From contig NW_003314417.1 of assembly GCF_000143415.4 (NCBI RefSeq), forward strand, positions 89,219 through 153,218: a DNA stretch of 64,000 nt. Direction: 5' to 3'. Below the pieces are notes generated by a model that saw only the letters and a program-made list of their open reading frames with translations, was not told the origin of the DNA and made no database searches. Positions 12,656 to 26,400 of this stretch are shown here, in pieces (the stretch's first letter is position 1; the number at the start of each line of letters is the position of its first letter). A program made the position numbers and the translations under genes. The stretch comes from Selaginella moellendorffii (taxonomy: Eukaryota; Plantae; Lycopodiophyta).

Positions 12656-13052
12656 ATGTAAATTTTATATCACTATATTATAATTCATCTATGATTTATC
12701 ATTTATCATTTATCTGATAATTTTTTTAATCATTTATTTGATAACAAATTATAATGCATCTGATAAATTTAACCTTGTATACAATAAAATTAGAAAAGAA
12801 GATTTATTTATCTTAGGTATGCTATATTTCCCAGCGGAGCTGGGGTCTTGCTAGTACTCATATATTTAAACGAAAGAGCCCATATAATAATGGCATATAC
12901 TGGGGACACTTATTCTAAGCATATGCCAAAATCTAACAGCTGAAATTAAAAAATGGGGAGTCAGTGACTTTTGGGATCATAAAAACTTTCAATTGTCTTT
13001 TAGGGCGCGTGACCACGAGGAGAGAGCGTCAATCATCGCTTGCGGGAAGGTA

Positions 13053-13120
<68 letters not shown>

Positions 13121-13141
13121 GCCTCTGTGTGTGTGTGTGTT
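13053..13141. repeat. Compound (CT)n/(GT)n microsatellite
   Basis: Directly visible. Confidence 0.95.
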
Positions 13142-13453
13142 TGATGCGGTCTTCATTGCAGAGCACCTCAGAGTTACAGTCAGCTGCACGTGAAGATCTG
13201 AAGCTGCTACCGGTTGAAAAGCTCAGGAAACCGTTGTCAATGGCCACGCACCGGAAAATGACAATCTTTTTTCGAGTCTCTCAAGTCCCTGTTTGTTCCA
13301 GGTTCTTGAGGCTGGAACCACGACTAGAATCAAGGTTTTCACTCTCTTGCTCTTTGCTATTCTCTTTCGAGGCTTAAAGTTCCTGTTTGTTCCAGGTGCT
13401 CGAGGCTGGAACCAAGAGAAAAAAAAGAAATTTTCGTCCACGGTTCGCTTCAG

Positions 13454-14851
13454 TGGCTACGGCCAGGACGAGTGCCAGACCAACGATGTGCACGTCTTCG
13501 ACTTTGGTATAAGTTTCCTCTTCTGGGTTTTCCGGAAAAAAAGGTTTTGATCATGTTTTTGGTGGGATCGCGCAGGGATGTACACCTGGAGCAAGCCTGT
13601 GATGAAAGGAACGCACCCTTCTCCTCGGGACAGCCACAGCTCCACGGCCGTCGGGTCTAAGCTCTATGTGTTTGGTGGTACCAATGGAATCAGCCCGCTC
13701 GATGATCTCTTTGTTTTGGATAATGGTAAGCTCCGAGTTCTATTGATTTTTTTTTCTCGTTCTTATCATCCGATGCAGCTACCAACACCTCGGGGAAACC
13801 CGACGTTTTTGGTGATGTTCCTGCTCTGAGAGAAGGACATAGCGCGTCTCTCATCAGTGACAACCTGTTCGTGTTTGGGGGATGTGAGAAATCCAGCGAT
13901 CCCTCCTCCATGTTTTGGACACGAGTAATATCCTGTTATCTTTCCTTGTTTTCTTCTAACCTCTTTTTTTTCCTGCAGATACTTTTGTCTGGAAGAAGAT
14001 TTCTACTGCTGGAGTCTCGCCTATTCCTCAGGATAGCCATACCTGCTCTTCCTATAAGAACTGTTTTGTTGTCATGGGTGACGAGGATGGTGGTAATCCA
14101 GAAACAATGGCATGGCGGGAGGTAAAGACGACTGGTGCCGAGCTGATGCCAAGAGCCGGGCATACAAAAATCAGCCATGGAAAGTATCTCGCTTGTAGGT
14201 AGATTTGTTTCCTGTTGGTCTCTCATGGGGCTTTTATGTATTTTGCAGCGACTGGTGTTTGGGCGACTTCGAATCCCTCTGGTTCCAGGCCTTCTCCACG
14301 TTTCTCCCTTGCAGGAGATTCTGTGGACGCAGAGCGAGGCATATTATTCGTCTATGAGGGATGTAACAAAGAGCTTGAAGCTCTGGATGACATGTATTTC
14401 CTCGACACAGGTAGGCTTCTTCTTTTAATGACATTGCTGCCATTCTTGACAATATGGTTGCCGTTTTTCTGTGAAGAGATGCTGAGGGAGAAAGATCCAT
14501 CAGAACCAAAGCTATCCATGCGTAAGGAACTTAAGAGAAGGCGGCAAAGAGTATTGTGCCACGCCATATGTGCTAGACAAGCAACGGGGATGCGGACAAG
14601 AGCTTGGTTTCATCTCACGGAGGTATCTGCGGAAAACCTTGGACCTCTTCAATTTTTCCCTGTCAAACTCATGCTACAGAGTTTCAAGCTCACGTTCAGC
14701 CGCTAGGCAAGAAGATGTTTGAGGCCAGAGAAAGCGACGTATTCAACTATGGATACAGGCTAGAAGCCTCCATCAGTGGGAAACTCTTCTGTGGGCTGCT
14801 CTTCTCGTACAAGCCTGGCTTTGCTCAGGCAGTGCAATCTTACATGGCGAG
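13454..14851 (+). pseudogene. Kelch-repeat (galactose oxidase/kelch superfamily) pseudogene, 5'-truncated with internal deletions
   Basis: Spliced exons give kelch blades (PSPRDSHSSTAVGSKLYVFGG, REGHSASLISDNLFVFGG, PRAGHT, PSPRFSLAGD) and the C-terminal KLSMRKELK / FEAR..FNYGYRLEASISGKLFCGLLFS motif of this plant family. Blades are shortened by deletions near 13905 and 14095. Confidence 0.85.
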
Positions 14852-16189
14852 GTTTGTTTCGTTTGATCCTCAGTTATTCTCTAACGCCAGGAGAGTGTCC
14901 TTTTGGACAGGGCACGGGCATTTTCCTCGAGTGATTATGTTCGTTGGTGGAAATATTGCCTTCCTTTCTTAAGGCATTATTCCATAATTATTTGGTCTTT
15001 TAAATATAGCATATTTGCGAGGAGATTGGTGAGGAGAAAGCAGCCAGAATCATCATGCAGCTGGTTAAGACCTTCAAATAGATTTACAGGCATGGTACAC
15101 CAGGATCTCAAGCTCGACAACATTCTTTCCAAACTAAACATGCGCGACAAAGTGGTGATCAGCACCTTTAGGAGATATCACCACAGCGTAGTACATGGCA
15201 GCTAAGGTGGTGGAGAACAAGGATTGGAGCTCTACATGGCAGCCTACTCGACTTTCTTACAGACAAAGCTATGAACTGTTTTTAAAAAAGCCATTTCTGA
15301 AGGAATAAGACAGTATTAAATAAACTGTTGTGTATGTACGTGTTTATAGACACAACTTTGAAGCCATGAGCTTGGTTTGATTCGGTGTACATTAACTCAG
15401 GGCATATAAATGATTTCTATGTTTGATTTTATTTAGTGTTTTTGCTCTCTCTCGTAAAGGTTTTATGTACAAAACAAAATGTCTATATGTCGTTCCAGAT
15501 CACGATCCTAAAAAACGTATTAGACATTCAAAAGGAAGCGTGCAGGCAAGAAAAAGTTCAGAAGAGTGACCTGCACATACAAGAATCTCATTCTATTGTG
15601 CTATTGTTATGTTTGCTTGAATACAAAACAGAAAAAAAACCAAAAAAACTTATTGATAAGAAGCATTCAGCGACGGGAAAGGCAGCGGGCAGATGTACTC
15701 TCTCCTGGATTCTGTTCTTGCAGACTATTTATATTTTCCACTGGAGGTTAGAATTTGATGCCCGATTCTTCGTGGATTGGCATTTTCTCTTTTTGTTTCT
15801 CAATTTATATTTTACTCTGCCTTCCACGGATTGTTAGGTAAACCTGGAATTATGAATGATTCTTTTCTTAGCACCTCCAGCAAAGAGCAAGGAGAAGAAG
15901 AAGACGGTGCTGCATCCTCTGGTTATTATCCCCCAGTGATTCTCAAGGAGCTGCACCAAAAACTCTGGAAGAGGTTAGCAGTAGAACTTCTCATTGATTA
16001 ATGGGAGGCAACTCAATATACCTGACTATAAACCATGGAGGCACTCTTCTTGTAGCCCAGAAAAAATTCCAGAGAAGTGAAGAACCAATCTGGGACGACA
16101 ACCAGCTCCAGCATCTGAGTCCTCTCCTCTGGTTCCTCAGACGATGAGCTGCTCAAGGTCTTGTTGCTCATTCTCGTCAGGTAATGTGC

Positions 16190-16900
16190 AGGTGTGCTAC
16201 AAAATTGAAAACTCACCTGTTCCACCACTTGTGGTTGAGGAAACAAGATTGCAGACAATGAGAATACGCATTAGTGCCCCACTTTCTGCAAAACCTGATG
16301 TAGAAGAGGTTTTGTGGACAGTGAGGGTGTGAAGATTGTTAATATTTCTGTGGAAGGTCTAAGTCAAGCTACTATACTATGTAGCACTAACTCTGTGACG
16401 AAGAGCGTGTCTATGAAACTAAGATGGGTACGACTTCTTGTTTGGAGGTAAATCACTTTTTTTAATTAATCACGTATGTTACTAATCAAGTGGCATGGCA
16501 GGGTGCTGGAAAGACCTCCATATTATGCACTGTGGTGGCATAGCATGAACACTGATATCAACAAATTTTTTTCCAGACATCAAGTGTCATGAAAGTGTTT
16601 CATGCAGTGTAGGATACATAGATTCGGTAGGCGTTAACTTTCAGGTAAAAATTTCTTCCTTACTCGGCTTTGAATGGTTTACCAATTGGTTCCATATAGG
16701 ACCCATCATACGAAGAAGAGCAGCTGAAGAATGGTTTGTTGAGAGCAGATCCATATAAAGTCTTGACTTGGTAATTCTCGTGCACAATCTGGCTCACAAG
16801 AGTCCCAGGCTGCGACAACAGGCTTCCGATCACTCTCGACCAGCTCTTGGCACCCTCCTGGACGAGATCACTGCTGCTGAGGTTGCTTTCGTTTTAGATC
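16190..16900 (+). pseudogene. Fragment of a lipase class 3 / P-loop domain plant protein (resembles Arabidopsis AT3G07400-type proteins)
   Basis: Exon pieces MRIRISAPL, GAGKTSIL (16502-16525), IDSVGVNFQ and DLVILVHNLAHKSPR..PALGTLLDE occur in the order recalled for this family. Stops are present. Confidence 0.6.
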
Positions 16901-17059
16901 TTGCCATGAGTGCCGACTGGCATCAGCTTTCAAGCGTTACAGCCATGGACGTGTACAAGTCCACTCCCGACTTGACAAAGTCCCAGGAACTGCAGAGACT
17001 GGGACATCGTTGGAGGAAGGTTTCTTTTTTATATCGATTTTTTGTTTTCACCATTTTTG

Positions 17060-17403
17060 CAGAAAAAATTATTGGAGATGATCCGGATAAGGAGAAGCGG
17101 CGATTGATCGTCTGTAGTACCTCCAAGCATGACCTGGAAAGGGTGGTTAGTCTGAAGAGGTTAGAGTGAAATGTAACTTTGTTTTCCCAGCTAGCTTCGG
17201 CGGAGTATGGATTGATGAATCGGCTATCAGAAATATACAGAGCTTTCCAAGGTTTACAATTTGTCATGAAATTTGTTTTGCAGGTGCTGGCCCACGAGAA
17301 TGGCTGGCAGCTCTTTATTCAGCGGGAGTTCCTTGTGCTGTTGCGTCCACAATGGATCAGATTAGCTTGTTGGATGCACTCATCAGAATGGGTCTCGACA
17401 AGA
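17060..17403 (+). pseudogene. HAD-superfamily hydrolase fragment (CbbY/ARPP phosphatase-like)
   Basis: EWLAALYSAGVPCAVASTMDQISLLDALIRMGLDK matches the HAD motif II region. Short introns flank it and it is truncated at both ends. Confidence 0.55.
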
Positions 17404-20400
17404 GTGAGGCCGTTAGACACGTTGTGCATGGTTTTAATACAATCGTTGTTGAGTCTAGGCAGTTGTCACAGAAGAGGATGGAATGGACTCCACCACGGAT
17501 TGGGAGCTGGATCCTTTGTCCTGGAGACCAGAGTGGCCGCGAGCTAGATCCTTTGTCCCAGAGACTAGAGTGGCCACGAGATGGAATGGTTAAGGCTAGG
17601 GTTTATGCAGAATGTGGTGGTGGTAACACATCACAGCCGAGCACCCCTCTCTGTTCAATCACTGGTCCGCAAAGATCTTGAGGAGATCCTTCCAGCAAAC
17701 GACCTTATCGATATCAATATCGAGGGGCCACTGAAAAATAATCTAGAGTAACTTCAGCCAAAGAGATTGATTGAGCTCTCCAGTTGCCAAAGACCCGACT
17801 ACCATTGCTCTGGCAGCCTCTGCTCAAGATGTCCACTGGTGAATTCCAAATATCTTCACACCCAGCTGAACGAGCTAATCCAAGCGACGTGCTAAGTAGT
17901 GAGTGCCTTCATGCTTTCCTGTTCATTAAAGTTCCTGTTTTTCCAGTTTTATTGTTAATCCAAAGTGGAAGTTTAGCTCTTTGTTTCACAGATTTATAAA
18001 GCTGACCCACCCAAGAGAGTTCAAAAGTCAGAGTCACGTCTCCAACTAGAGGCTTAAGTTCTGCAGTCCTGAAAACCCCAGGAAGCAATCTTCCACTTCC
18101 GCAGAGCCTATCACCGCCACTTCACAACCACGGCCTCATTGCTCACCTGGCCTCTTATTGTTTTTTTTACCTCTTCTTGTCCTTTTGGTAAGAGCAGCAG
18201 TAACAAAAGCGAGCTTCCGAAGGAAACATGTGCTCACTAGGGGAGGTCTTCTTAGCTGTTAGAGTAGAGAATAGGAAATTATACAAGGAAGGCAATCTCC
18301 AAGGAAGTATGGAGCAGTAGATGGAAGCTTTAGGTCCTTGATGTACTTTTTTATTTTTCCCAATTTTTAAAAAGAAGGTAACAATTCATTTACAGCTAAT
18401 GAATTTAAGTCCTTGCTCTGTTTTCTAGCTTTAACAGAACCCACTGATAAACTTTATAGTAATGTAAAACATTAGGAGATTGCTGGGAACAATGATCTAT
18501 TATTGAACCACCATGATCTATTGCTATAATATGACCAAAGTAGGCTGAGGCTGGTTATTGTCTTATGGTGATTTTGCTCTGGTTGTGGGACATCCAATGG
18601 AATGGTATCCAATGCTACTTGGTAGCTCTGAAGATCAAGCCCTATGAAATATCAAAAAAGTATATATGAACAGTAAAGAATATGAGTTTCAACCTTCATT
18701 GTGATAATTGTGTTACTAAAAAACTGTTATGGCAAACACAGATATATAACATGAAATAACAGTGTGTTACGTAGAGAAACACTTAGTTTTCAAGATTAAT
18801 CTTATTGTATATCAATCATTAGATGGTAGAATAAACTAGAGTATACAATATGTATTTGGGAAAGTCTATAAATTCTAAACACATTTCAAAATTATAAATA
18901 AAAGACTGATATTAATGAATAATAACCATTAGATGGTAGAATATCCCAAATATCTAAGTATAATCTAGGTACATCAACTACCCTTTTAGTTTGCATAAGC
19001 AAACCAAAAATATTTTATAATTATAGTATTTCTATTTATATATCAAACAGGCATATAAGAAACTCCATATAAAACATTCTAGCTTTTCTTTGATCAAATA
19101 ACCATATAATTGTATAATTGTCTCTGACCATAAACGGTTGGGCTTTTTTTAAATAATTCCAATAATGTTATTGAAACACTACTAACACCACTAAAATAGT
19201 AAAATATAAATGATAATATAATATTTCTATATCGTCTTGACTAAAATTTACTAAAAAAAAAGAAAGAATTCTTTGAAAGCCCAATATTGTTTAAAAGTTA
19301 AAATTTAATAAGAAAGTAAAGTATAGAAATATAAAATCATTTAATATATTTATTCATAAAAGAATATTTATAATATTAAAACAAAATATTTAAGTAGAAT
19401 ATTATCACCAAAGAAAATTATAATATATTATTGGTTACTTTCATTTTAAATTTTTAAAATAATTAACTACTTTCAAATCATTATTGCACTATTATATAAT
19501 TTCAGACAAGAATGATAATATATTAATAAATACTTGATAATTTATGATCAATTAAGTATTATTTTAAGTTTTTTTTTAATAAAAGTGGCATTTTTAGCTC
19601 ATGATTCATCCATTAATTTTCTCCTTCTGCATATTATTAGAAAATTAGATTAATGTTTTAAAAACTATGACTAATAGTGTTGGCCTTTTGATAAGGTTTC
19701 AGAAAAGTTAGTTATGCATGTTAAGATTAATATGAACATTTTTATATAAAAATATGAATATAAAATTTTAGAAATTACTAAATAACAGAAATGTACATGA
19801 TACTACCAGCAAATATATATTTGGAAATTTTTTTAGCTAAAACTTCTGCATCTAACTATAAATAAATATGATGCATCAAGAGACATTTGTAAAATATGTA
19901 TTTACTCTAGAGTAACTCAATTAAATAAATTATTATCAAAGGTAACTTTGATCTTATATAAAGATAATTAATTCTCTATAATAGATTCATGACATATAAA
20001 AATTTAGTTCTCAATATAATGAGTTGACCAATTTAGCATTTATCCTGTGTATGAGAAATTATTGTAGCGCACGTGGTTTTCACCCTTTATCCTATGGTGA
20101 TTTATCATAATGATTTATGGTGATTTACCAAAGTTATATGACATTCCTAATTCTGCCACCACTTAGCATCAGTGTTGTTAATGCTGCTGCTGAATGTTCA
20201 GTACTACACATAATTTGTACAATAGCAGTTGATATCTAATAGATATTCTCATTTGATTTTTTAACTAGGGTTTGGTTAGGAACACATAGGAACTGAGTTG
20301 TCATGTCAAGAAAATGAATTGTCATATGTAAAGCTACTTATATTTCTATATCTCCATCTAATTTCTCATACTACATTATAAAAGTTAATTACACTTGTAT

Positions 20401-22432
20401 CATGAATGATGATATATCCCAAATTGGCAGTCTTGTCCAAACCACTAAAGGTGCTAAATATCTCTGATGTGTGTTTTTATATTAGAATTGTTATGTATGT
20501 TATGATTAGTATGAACTTTTCAAATATAAAGATGAATATGAACTTTTCAGAATACTAAATAACAAAAATGTACATGACACTCCCAGCAAAGCTGGGACTT
20601 GTGCCTTGGATGAGCGTGATTGAATATATTGCCAATAGCAGCAATTTTAGCACGCAGGTTTTGTTTTAGATATCTCTATTGACCATGCATTCTAGGGTTG
20701 CTAGATCACAGGTTTCTGTGACAACTCATGTTAATCACTACAAGTAGTCAGTGCCTTTCTCTTTGTTAGTCAATTATCAGATTCTTTGTTAATTTTTCTT
20801 TTTTCTCTCTTGGCAAGATTTCTGGAAATAGCATAATCTAATATGCTTGTGGAAAATGAGTATCCTCTAAGGCAGGCTTGCTCAAGAATATTTAACATAA
20901 CATCAGCATAACCAATGAAGCAGCACGAGCAGCCAGCACCAGAATACCAATGAATACCAATGAAATGTCCTTCAAGGTTAATATAATTACAGAATATGTA
21001 TTAAAAAATCATGGTATAGAAAAGGCTCAACTTCTTCTTACAATCAGGTGTGCTTTGCCATACCTTCACTTTAAAAACTTTCAACATACCACCTATTAAA
21101 TCTCATGCTTGAATATCTTATATGTATGTTTCTTAACTTTTCAAATATAAAGAAACAATAGAAATGAAAAGCCGAATAAGGAACTTTTCCAAATTACTAA
21201 ACAACTGAAATGTATATGACACTCCCAGCTTCACTTCTGAGACTGAGATTTCTCTTTTTTCATATTATCAACAAAAGTATATACAGATTTATATGACTAT
21301 TAATACAATCATCAATGATTAAACATATTTTGATTTCAATTGGCTCAGATGTAGTCTAAGATTTATGTAATATCATAAATTTTCTAACATTTTTTTTTAC
21401 ATTGCAATAATACATGACAAAAATAATAAGGTATAAATATCATTGAGACAACATTAGTACAAGAACCATTTAAAGAAATGTGATTCACCATCAATTGAAA
21501 TTTAATTATATTAAATCTATGTATATACCATTTATGAATTTTCTGGTATATTATATTTTTAGAATAAAGAAAAAGATTATATATCATCAATACCTCAGTA
21601 TAGAGTAAAACCTTAACATTCATTTATCATTATAAAATTTCAGCCTTTATAATATTGTAATAAAGCTTTAATTTTAAACATAAATCCATGAAAATAGAGA
21701 CATAATAACTTATTTTACATAGCATTCTCTCTATATAAAGAACACATACAGAAATAATGCTAATGATATATAGTAGAATACTTCTCATGTTAAATATTAC
21801 TCTCAAAATGTAAGAAAATAAGTATTAGGAAAAATGGAATATCAAAGATAAATATGTAAAATTTTAAAAGTTTTCTAAAAAAATATAACACATAAAGGTA
21901 ATTTCTATCACTTAGTATCATGCAATTCCAGAACTTTCAGTCTAAAGAGATGGAAAATGAAACTCCATAAAAATGGTTATATTTTTTAATTTTATAAGAT
22001 GTATATACTTTAAGTGAGTTTTGGATCTTTATTTTTGAAATCATTATATTTTAGTGTACTTAAGAACCACATTTTTTATTAAGAGGAAAAATTGTAGATC
22101 AATTATATGAAGATTTCAAATAAAAAAAATAGTTACCAAGCCTCAATATCTAATTCACTCATCTGGCCATGGAATCCCACAGTGAAAAATTCCATCACTC
22201 AGCACTCAGAGTTTTATATGTTATATTATGTTATGAGTTAAATTTATTATATTATTTATTATGTTATATTTGTAGAAGGGATTTTGAATATAAATATTAT
22301 ATTATGTTATATTAACTATGTATGTTATAATTATGATTATATTAAAAATTATAATTATGATTTCAACTTTTTGAAATACTAAAACATCAAGAATAAACAC
22401 AATGCTCCCAGCGTAGCTGGGTCTTTTGCTAG

Positions 22433-23254
22433 TACTCCCTTATTTAAAAGTGCTATTGACATATGGCATTTGGCATCTTTTATTCCATTTTAAGAATATT
22501 CAATTTTATTTATGGTGGATGCTTCCAATTGGATAGACTAGATTTATGACTTTCCAAAAGGTCTCGTGGTTTCCAATGGTTGTCGTATGCAGTCTTGGAT
22601 GCTACTGGAACAGTGACAGAGAAATGGAGGCAAGACCCGACAGCTACGTTGTGGATAGATTTGTAAATGAGAAAGCAAGCCATATACTTTCAGCCAACAT
22701 AGCCTGTTGGTGTGCCTTGAAATAGGAGGAGATTGCTTTTGTGAATGATCCCATCAAGCTCAAGAAAAAAATTCAAGAAAACAACTCAAAGAAGAACTCC
22801 AGGAGCAGCCTCCAGCATCTCCTCCTCATGCAGTGACACCACCACATCCAGCTCTTGACGTCGACACCAACAACATGCCACATCACTGTGAACACCACAG
22901 TTAAGAGCGTCTTGAGCAAGAGCGATGCCATGAGCCTGAGCTTCCACACTGGATCTTAAGCTCAGCATTTCTCCAGTTTGTTGACGAAATGCAGCATTTC
23001 CAGCCAATGCCACAGATGCCAATACCAATAGATTTTGTGAGGCTTTTCCACAACAAGTAGATGAGCATTTTCATGCGAGATAGAGTCCAGGCTATGATTA
23101 ACGCTGTTGTCTACCAGCCCCTCAATGCGAAGCTCACGAAGACCCAAAGCAACATATTTTCCAGCTCAAGAGGAGCATTTGAGATATAGCTTTCCAGGGA
23201 GCTGTATGCGTAGAGACTCAATGCACGAATGAGGAACTCTCCAAGGAGAATATT
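22433..23254 (+). mobile_element. Helitron-like unit E, 5' part, with unidentified coding-like cargo, interrupted by LTR insertions
   Basis: Head 22433-22550 is homologous to 834-947 and 4001-4115. GC-richer, degenerate coding-like sequence follows at 22560-23250. Confidence 0.5.
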
Positions 23255-23341
23255 ATAGTACATGTGGTTTTCACCCTTTATTTTATGGTGATTTACTATA
23301 AAATAACCATGAAGTAGAACTTAAACTCTGTATATGCCATG

Positions 23342-23475
23342 TGTCACATGCTATATGCCACATGCCACATGCCACATGTCTAAGGACAGTGAAGTAGAAC
23401 TTAAGTTTTAAAGCCTTGGGCCACTAAATAAAAGAATAGAGCTAAACTTCCTAAGTTTGCAGCTAAGGAGCAAAA
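23342..23475 (-). mobile_element. Fragment of LTR family Y
   Basis: tgtcacatg...aaggacagtg...ccttgggccactaaataaaagaatagagc aligns with 26514-26625 and with the reverse complement of 63895-64000. Confidence 0.55.
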
Positions 23476-26400
23476 TGTGAGACACAAAATCCCTAGGCCC
23501 CAAAGTGGAGCCGAAAGGGTGCCACATGGTAATGGCCGAAGTGAAAGCCAAATAAACATAATACGTTTGGATTAAAAGCTCCAACTTGAAAGGTTGAGAG
23601 CGGGAGTGGAACTCCCAACGAAGTGCTCGAAGAACAAACACAAAGCAAGCAATAAGTGAGTCTCTAGAAAAGGGACACAAGAGGACCCAAGATGGAGTCC
23701 GAGATGGACCTGAGATGGAGTCCGAGATGGAATCCGAGATGGAGTCCGAGATGGAATCCAAGATGGAGTCTGAGAAGGACCTGAGATGGAGTCCAAAGTC
23801 AAGATTGAGACCGGGACTGAGACCAAGACTGGGACCGAGACCGAAACCAAGACCGAGCCCAAGGCCAAGACCGAGCCCAAGCCCTAGTTTGAGTCTGAGT
23901 CCGAGTCCGAGTCCGAGTCCAAGTTCAAGTCTGAGGGGGTGAAAGCCCAAAGCGTTCGTCTTCCAGACCTTGGGGGGTTTGGTGAGCTCCAAAAGTATAG
24001 TAGGGGGAGGACTCCAGTAGAGCCAATTTGGCCAAGAAAGGCTAGTTTGTCCCAAGAAGGCTGTACCCAGGTGTTGATAACCACTGGGAAGTCCAAATCT
24101 AGAGTGAATACAGACCGACAAGCGGGGTAGTTTGGTGAAGTGTTCAAGAGCTGGCTCTAGTTCCCCTGGGAGATCGAATGGTCGATGCTCCCAGTCCAGG
24201 TGTGGATGGCACTACCTACTTGGATAGCTGGCGTGGCTCGACAGAACCTCGCTTTAATGTTCGCACACAATTCTTCACCAAAGTTGCTCTTCTGGGAACA
24301 CCTTTCCCACGACTTTAGTATGGCACATTCTGCCACCCATGAGATACCCACTGTTCTCATACTTGAATCTTATGATCCTCCCCATCCTCCGTGGGGCATA
24401 ACACACCTTAATCCAAATGCTTCCATCAGTCCTTTAGGACCATTTTTTGACTCCACTTAAGTCATTCAGCCTTTTGGACTTTTCCTAATCCCCCGACCTA
24501 TAAGGTCTTACTGTTGAGGTGCTAACTCATTGCAATACAATTTCTTGTATTCATGTCCTACTCACCAGGACGACCATTATAAGTGTTATTCCAACACTTG
24601 ACTATTTTTCGATAATTGTGGGCTACTTTCGCCCGTTAGGACTATCCGTCCATATGATGAAAATATCGATTCATCCTCTAAGCACACCCCCAACTCCTAA
24701 GGTTGTTCCAGCATTTATTCAAGGTAGCCCGGCTACCATTCCAAGGACTTATGTCCTCATCTGCTTTTGACCTCCCATGGTCATTAATTCTGGTCTCAAA
24801 TTCATGAGTATCAGCCTCAACTTCATGAGGGTAATCTTATGACTCCTTTATCGTTTTGGAGTCTCTATCTTCCTTATGATCCCAACTATAGTTGTGTACT
24901 ACAACTATATTAGCTAGTTTGCTAAGTCAAATGCTCACTTGGATCACATCCTCAACTCAATTAGGAAAACCTTGCACTATTCCCAAGATCTCGAAGTCGT
25001 TCCATTATTGGCCCTTTTCTATCCACCACCTCACCTACAAGTTCACACCTGAATTGTAGTGGAGAGCCATGTCTTCTCGACTTGCTACTCCTCAAGGATA
25101 TATCCACTCCTAGGACCTTCCAATGCCAACACTAGTGGTGATATACTTGAGCACCAATAAAAGTCAGACTAAGGAACAGCTCCGATACCAAGTTGTAAGC
25201 GACTAAATTTTCCATTCTACTTTAGTCACTTAACCACACCTCCGACCATTTGGAGGAGTCTCACTCACAACCTCCATAAGTTCTATTTTGGACTTAGGGA
25301 CTTGCTAGCCCCAAGAATGACATCCATGCTACTCAAACATTGAACTTGGTCCAAGTGCTCCATGTGTCTAATCCCATGACCGACACCCCAACGTACCACC
25401 GACGTATCAGCCCATTACGCTAAAGCCATGCCCATTCACCTTGGTCACACCAGTGGTCTGACACCATCTCCATCATAGCCTTATTTCTCAAAGATTGGGC
25501 CATCCGTCCATAGGGCCATGGACAGCCCTAGCACAAATTCTGGAACTTAATGCCCAAGGAGGCACGAAATAGAAAAGAGGATGATGGTGCCCTCAAGTAA
25601 AGAATTTCTTAGGATGGGGAAGTGGAGTTACACAATATGTGCAATGCAAGGTGTCAGAGACACTTAGGCAATTGACTTCAAGGAGTCAAAAGTAAAAGTT
25701 CCAAAGTGCAAAGGTTATATAGATGGAAATTAAGACTACTCGAGAAGGAGTCATGGGATTGAGATAGAGACGGTGTCTCTAACAGGAGACACCACAGGAG
25801 CTTCCACTTTCGCCAAATTGGAGCAATTGAGAATCCATCATTAGAAACACCTTGCTTTTCCCACAAATCGTTAGCCCTTAACACATTAGTGTTCTTAGCC
25901 TAACTTTGCCTTTTGGATTCTTTCTTATGGTTTCCATGGCTCTTTTCTTAGCCATTAGTCTTTTGCTCCTATCTTTTGATAGTTGCACTCAACAACATAG
26001 GATTGTTACTTCCATTCTCAAGGTATCCTTTTGGTTCTATAGCAAAGACTTTGCTTGCCAAGTCTAGAGGGTGTTTACCCCTAGTGTGTTTCTTTAGCAT
26101 TTTCTGCTATAGGCTTTATACATAGCCTAACTTAGTGACTCTCCCATGGGTCTCTTATAGAGACTACTTTCCTAGAACTCACTATGCCATTGCATGGACA
26201 CAGTTTATTTCCCTTAGGTGCTAGTCATCTTGACCAAGCCACACCATCTTAAATAGTTCAAATCAACACTTTGAACCAAGAACTTCATTCCTTAGCCAAC
26301 CAAGGACCTTGTCCTTATTTAGCCACAAAATCACCTAGTGATCCCATCTTGGCACCTTAACAGAGTTGCCAAGAGGTATTTGGTCTTCTAGACTTTCAAG

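Larger units (their letters stand above)
4001..12854 (+). mobile_element. Non-autonomous Helitron-like unit C carrying the SDR exon array and ALDH21-like fragment
   Basis: Same TC-starting head as 834. Ends cccagc-gga-gctggg (12830-12844) plus CTAG (12851-12854). 11270-12330 and 12680-12854 are diverged copies of the unit A/B tail. Two assembly gaps lie inside, so continuity is assumed. Confidence 0.58.
12855..22432 (+). mobile_element. Non-autonomous Helitron-like unit D with multi-gene cargo
   Basis: Begins immediately after CTAG with tactcatatatttaaa, which shares actc..tatttaaa with the other heads but does not start with TC. Ends cccagc-gta-gctggg (22407-22421) plus CTAG (22429-22432). 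The tail at 21850-22420 is homologous to 1470-2057. Confidence 0.58.

Noticed and set aside
12964-13377. ORFs with SLSL/RERE runs
   Set aside because: Translation of the CT microsatellite.
20063-20208. Possible solo LTR (tgtagcgcac...gtactaca), similar to 23255-23300
   Set aside because: No TSD and no PBS or PPT, so the boundaries are unsupported.
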